From Gemmatimonadales bacterium (GTDB lineage Bacteria > Gemmatimonadota > Gemmatimonadetes > Gemmatimonadales > GWC2-71-9): 64,000 bases of DNA. The position numbers and the translations under genes are program-made. The DNA is taken from the NCBI GenBank assembly GCA_035763805.1, contig DASUAL010000092.1, forward strand, positions 26,386-90,385, given 5' to 3'. Below the pieces are notes generated by a model. The model ran no database searches and had not been told where the DNA came from. It worked only from the letters and a program-made list of their open reading frames with translations. The number at the start of each line of letters is the position of its first letter. Within the stretch, counting starts at the first letter, position 1. Shown here in pieces: positions 63,072-64,000 of the stretch.

Positions 63072-63287
63072 TCAAGCCGAGGGCGGAGGGGACGTAGGAG
63101 CCTCGCCATTGGTACGCTTGTCGTCCTCGCGCTTGCGGAACAGCCACACGAGGAAGAACGCGACTCCCACGAGCACCGCGACCTTGAGCAGGAACCCGAA
63201 AAGGGGCAGCATGAAGGCAGTGAACATTTTCCACAGGGCGACGCCGACGAGGCCGACGGCGGCGAGCTGGAGGAGGGGCTTCACCAT
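63072..63287 (-). CDS. Small two-helix membrane protein (hypothetical)
   Basis: 'LLQLAAVGLVGVALWKMFTAFMLPLFGFLLKVAVLVGVAFFLVWLF', then a charged tail. Confidence 0.45.
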   Translation of the reverse strand: MVKPLLQLAAVGLVGVALWKMFTAFMLPLFGFLLKVAVLVGVAFFLVWLFRKREDDKRTNGEAPTSPPPSA

Positions 63288-63367
63288 GGCTGAGGCTCAG
63301 GGTTGAGGATGAAGACCCTACGGCGCGGTGGCGGAATCGGTGTCAGGCACTTGAGAGCAAGCGAGGC

Positions 63368-63598
63368 GTGACCATGTTCGATTGGATCGGGTGGCTCGCG
63401 ACGGCCGTATTCGTGGGCTCCTACTTTTTTCGGCAGCCGGCGACCCTGCGTCGCGTGCAATGCCTGGGTGCAGTGATGTGGTTGGTTTACGGCGCGCTGA
63501 TCCATGCGCTTCCGCTGGTCGTCGCCAACGTGATCGTGGCCAGCGTGGCCCTCTGGTCGTCGTTCCGGGGACCGGCAGGCGACCGCGCAGGGGCTTAG
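63368..63598 (+). CDS. Small three-helix membrane protein (CBU_0592/semiSWEET-like, tentative)
   Basis: 'MFDWIGWLATAVFVGSYFF..LGAVMWLVYGALI..LVVANVIVASVALW'. GTG 63368 or ATG 63374. Confidence 0.5.
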   Translation: MTMFDWIGWLATAVFVGSYFFRQPATLRRVQCLGAVMWLVYGALIHALPLVVANVIVASVALWSSFRGPAGDRAGA

Positions 63599-64000
63599 TG
63601 GCTCGCCGCCTCTCGCCTCCACGCCTGATTCGTCCGGTCCACGTCCGCGAAGCCCTCCTTCGGATCGATCACGACCTCCGTCACCTCGGGTCGCGCGGCC
63701 ACCCGTACGAGATGGCGCCGGGCGCCGGCGAGCCAAACGTCCACGGGGACCTCGACCCACTGGACGCTCTCGTCCGCCCGCGTCACCGCGAGTCGGACGG
63801 GCATCGGCGCGAGGCCGCGATCCTCGATCACGATCTCGACTGAATCGCCCGCCGGGCGCACGGCGGCGATCGCCTGGTCCAGCGTCCACGTCTCGAACCA
63901 CCACGTACGCCAGAACCAGTCGAGATCGTGCCCCGCCACATCCTCGAACGTGTTCCAGAAGTCGTAGGGCGACGGGTGCTTGTTGAGCCAGCGGTGCCCG
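63595..64000 (-). CDS. M1-family metallopeptidase, C-terminal part (5' end outside the window)
   Basis: Frame is open to the window edge: 'GHRWLNKHPSPYDFWNTFEDVAGHDLDWFWRTWWFETW' resembles the post-catalytic region of M1-type peptidases. Confidence 0.6.
   Translation of the reverse strand, partial: GHRWLNKHPSPYDFWNTFEDVAGHDLDWFWRTWWFETWTLDQAIAAVRPAGDSVEIVIEDRGLAPMPVRLAVTRADESVQWVEVPVDVWLAGARRHLVRVAARPEVTEVVIDPKEGFADVDRTNQAWRREAASH

Noticed and set aside
1-64000. Search for mobile elements, prophage genes, rRNA/tRNA genes and CRISPR arrays.
   Set aside because: I found no transposase, integrase, recombinase, capsid or terminase-like translations, no inverted-repeat-bounded units and no tRNA cloverleaf candidates in the few intergenic regions. 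None is reported.

Overview
Very GC-rich (about 70% by eye, not computed) bacterial chromosomal segment, almost fully coding on both strands. It holds about 60 protein genes, many joined by 4-nt GTGA/ATGA start-stop overlaps. I saw no rRNA, tRNA, CRISPR array, transposase or integrase. Many long ORFs in the supplied track are off-frame or antisense artefacts of the GC content (Arg/Pro/Gly/Ala-rich translations) and were discarded. Main blocks: (i) 0.06-7.3 kb: acyl-CoA ligase, hybrid histidine kinase, a two-gene synthase-type exopolysaccharide module, aldo-keto reductase. (ii) 8.1-13.4 kb: IorAB-like molybdoenzyme and an SPFH / NAD-kinase-like / NrtR-like operon. (iii) 13.5-20.9 kb: signalling and miscellaneous genes, including an 881-aa Ser/Thr kinase with TolB-type repeats and a frameshifted MBL hydrolase. 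(iv) 21-29.8 kb: HAD hydrolase behind a structured leader, amidohydrolase, ATP-dependent DNA ligase, and an envelope operon (membrane proteins, Tat FAD oxidase, Omp85-like barrel). (v) 30-41 kb: a 7-gene, tightly packed (partly start-stop overlapping) glycan/glycoconjugate operon (GH-GT2-membrane fusion, ABC exporter, two APH-like kinases, YdjC deacetylase, GT-B-like protein, CBM9/DUF5916 protein). (vi) 42.9-51.7 kb: a 10-gene TetR-headed operon resembling an ATP-dependent (class I) benzoyl-CoA-reductase-type ring-reduction pathway. (vii) 51.8-55 kb: Ogt, GGDEF protein, lipoprotein, beta-carbonic anhydrase. (viii) 55.3-62.5 kb, the most unusual stretch: an SNF2-family ATPase translationally coupled to a 709-aa protein carrying an array of CxxC..CxxH zinc-type modules, an orphan 123-aa gene, a signal-less subtilase with a free-standing copy of its own N-terminal domain, and a decayed BON-domain gene. 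(ix) 62.6-64 kb: small membrane proteins and the 3' part of an M1-type peptidase gene running off the window. Lineage guess (inference only): a Gemmatimonadota/Acidobacteriota-like soil bacterium. All family assignments rest on motifs read from the translations; no database search was run.
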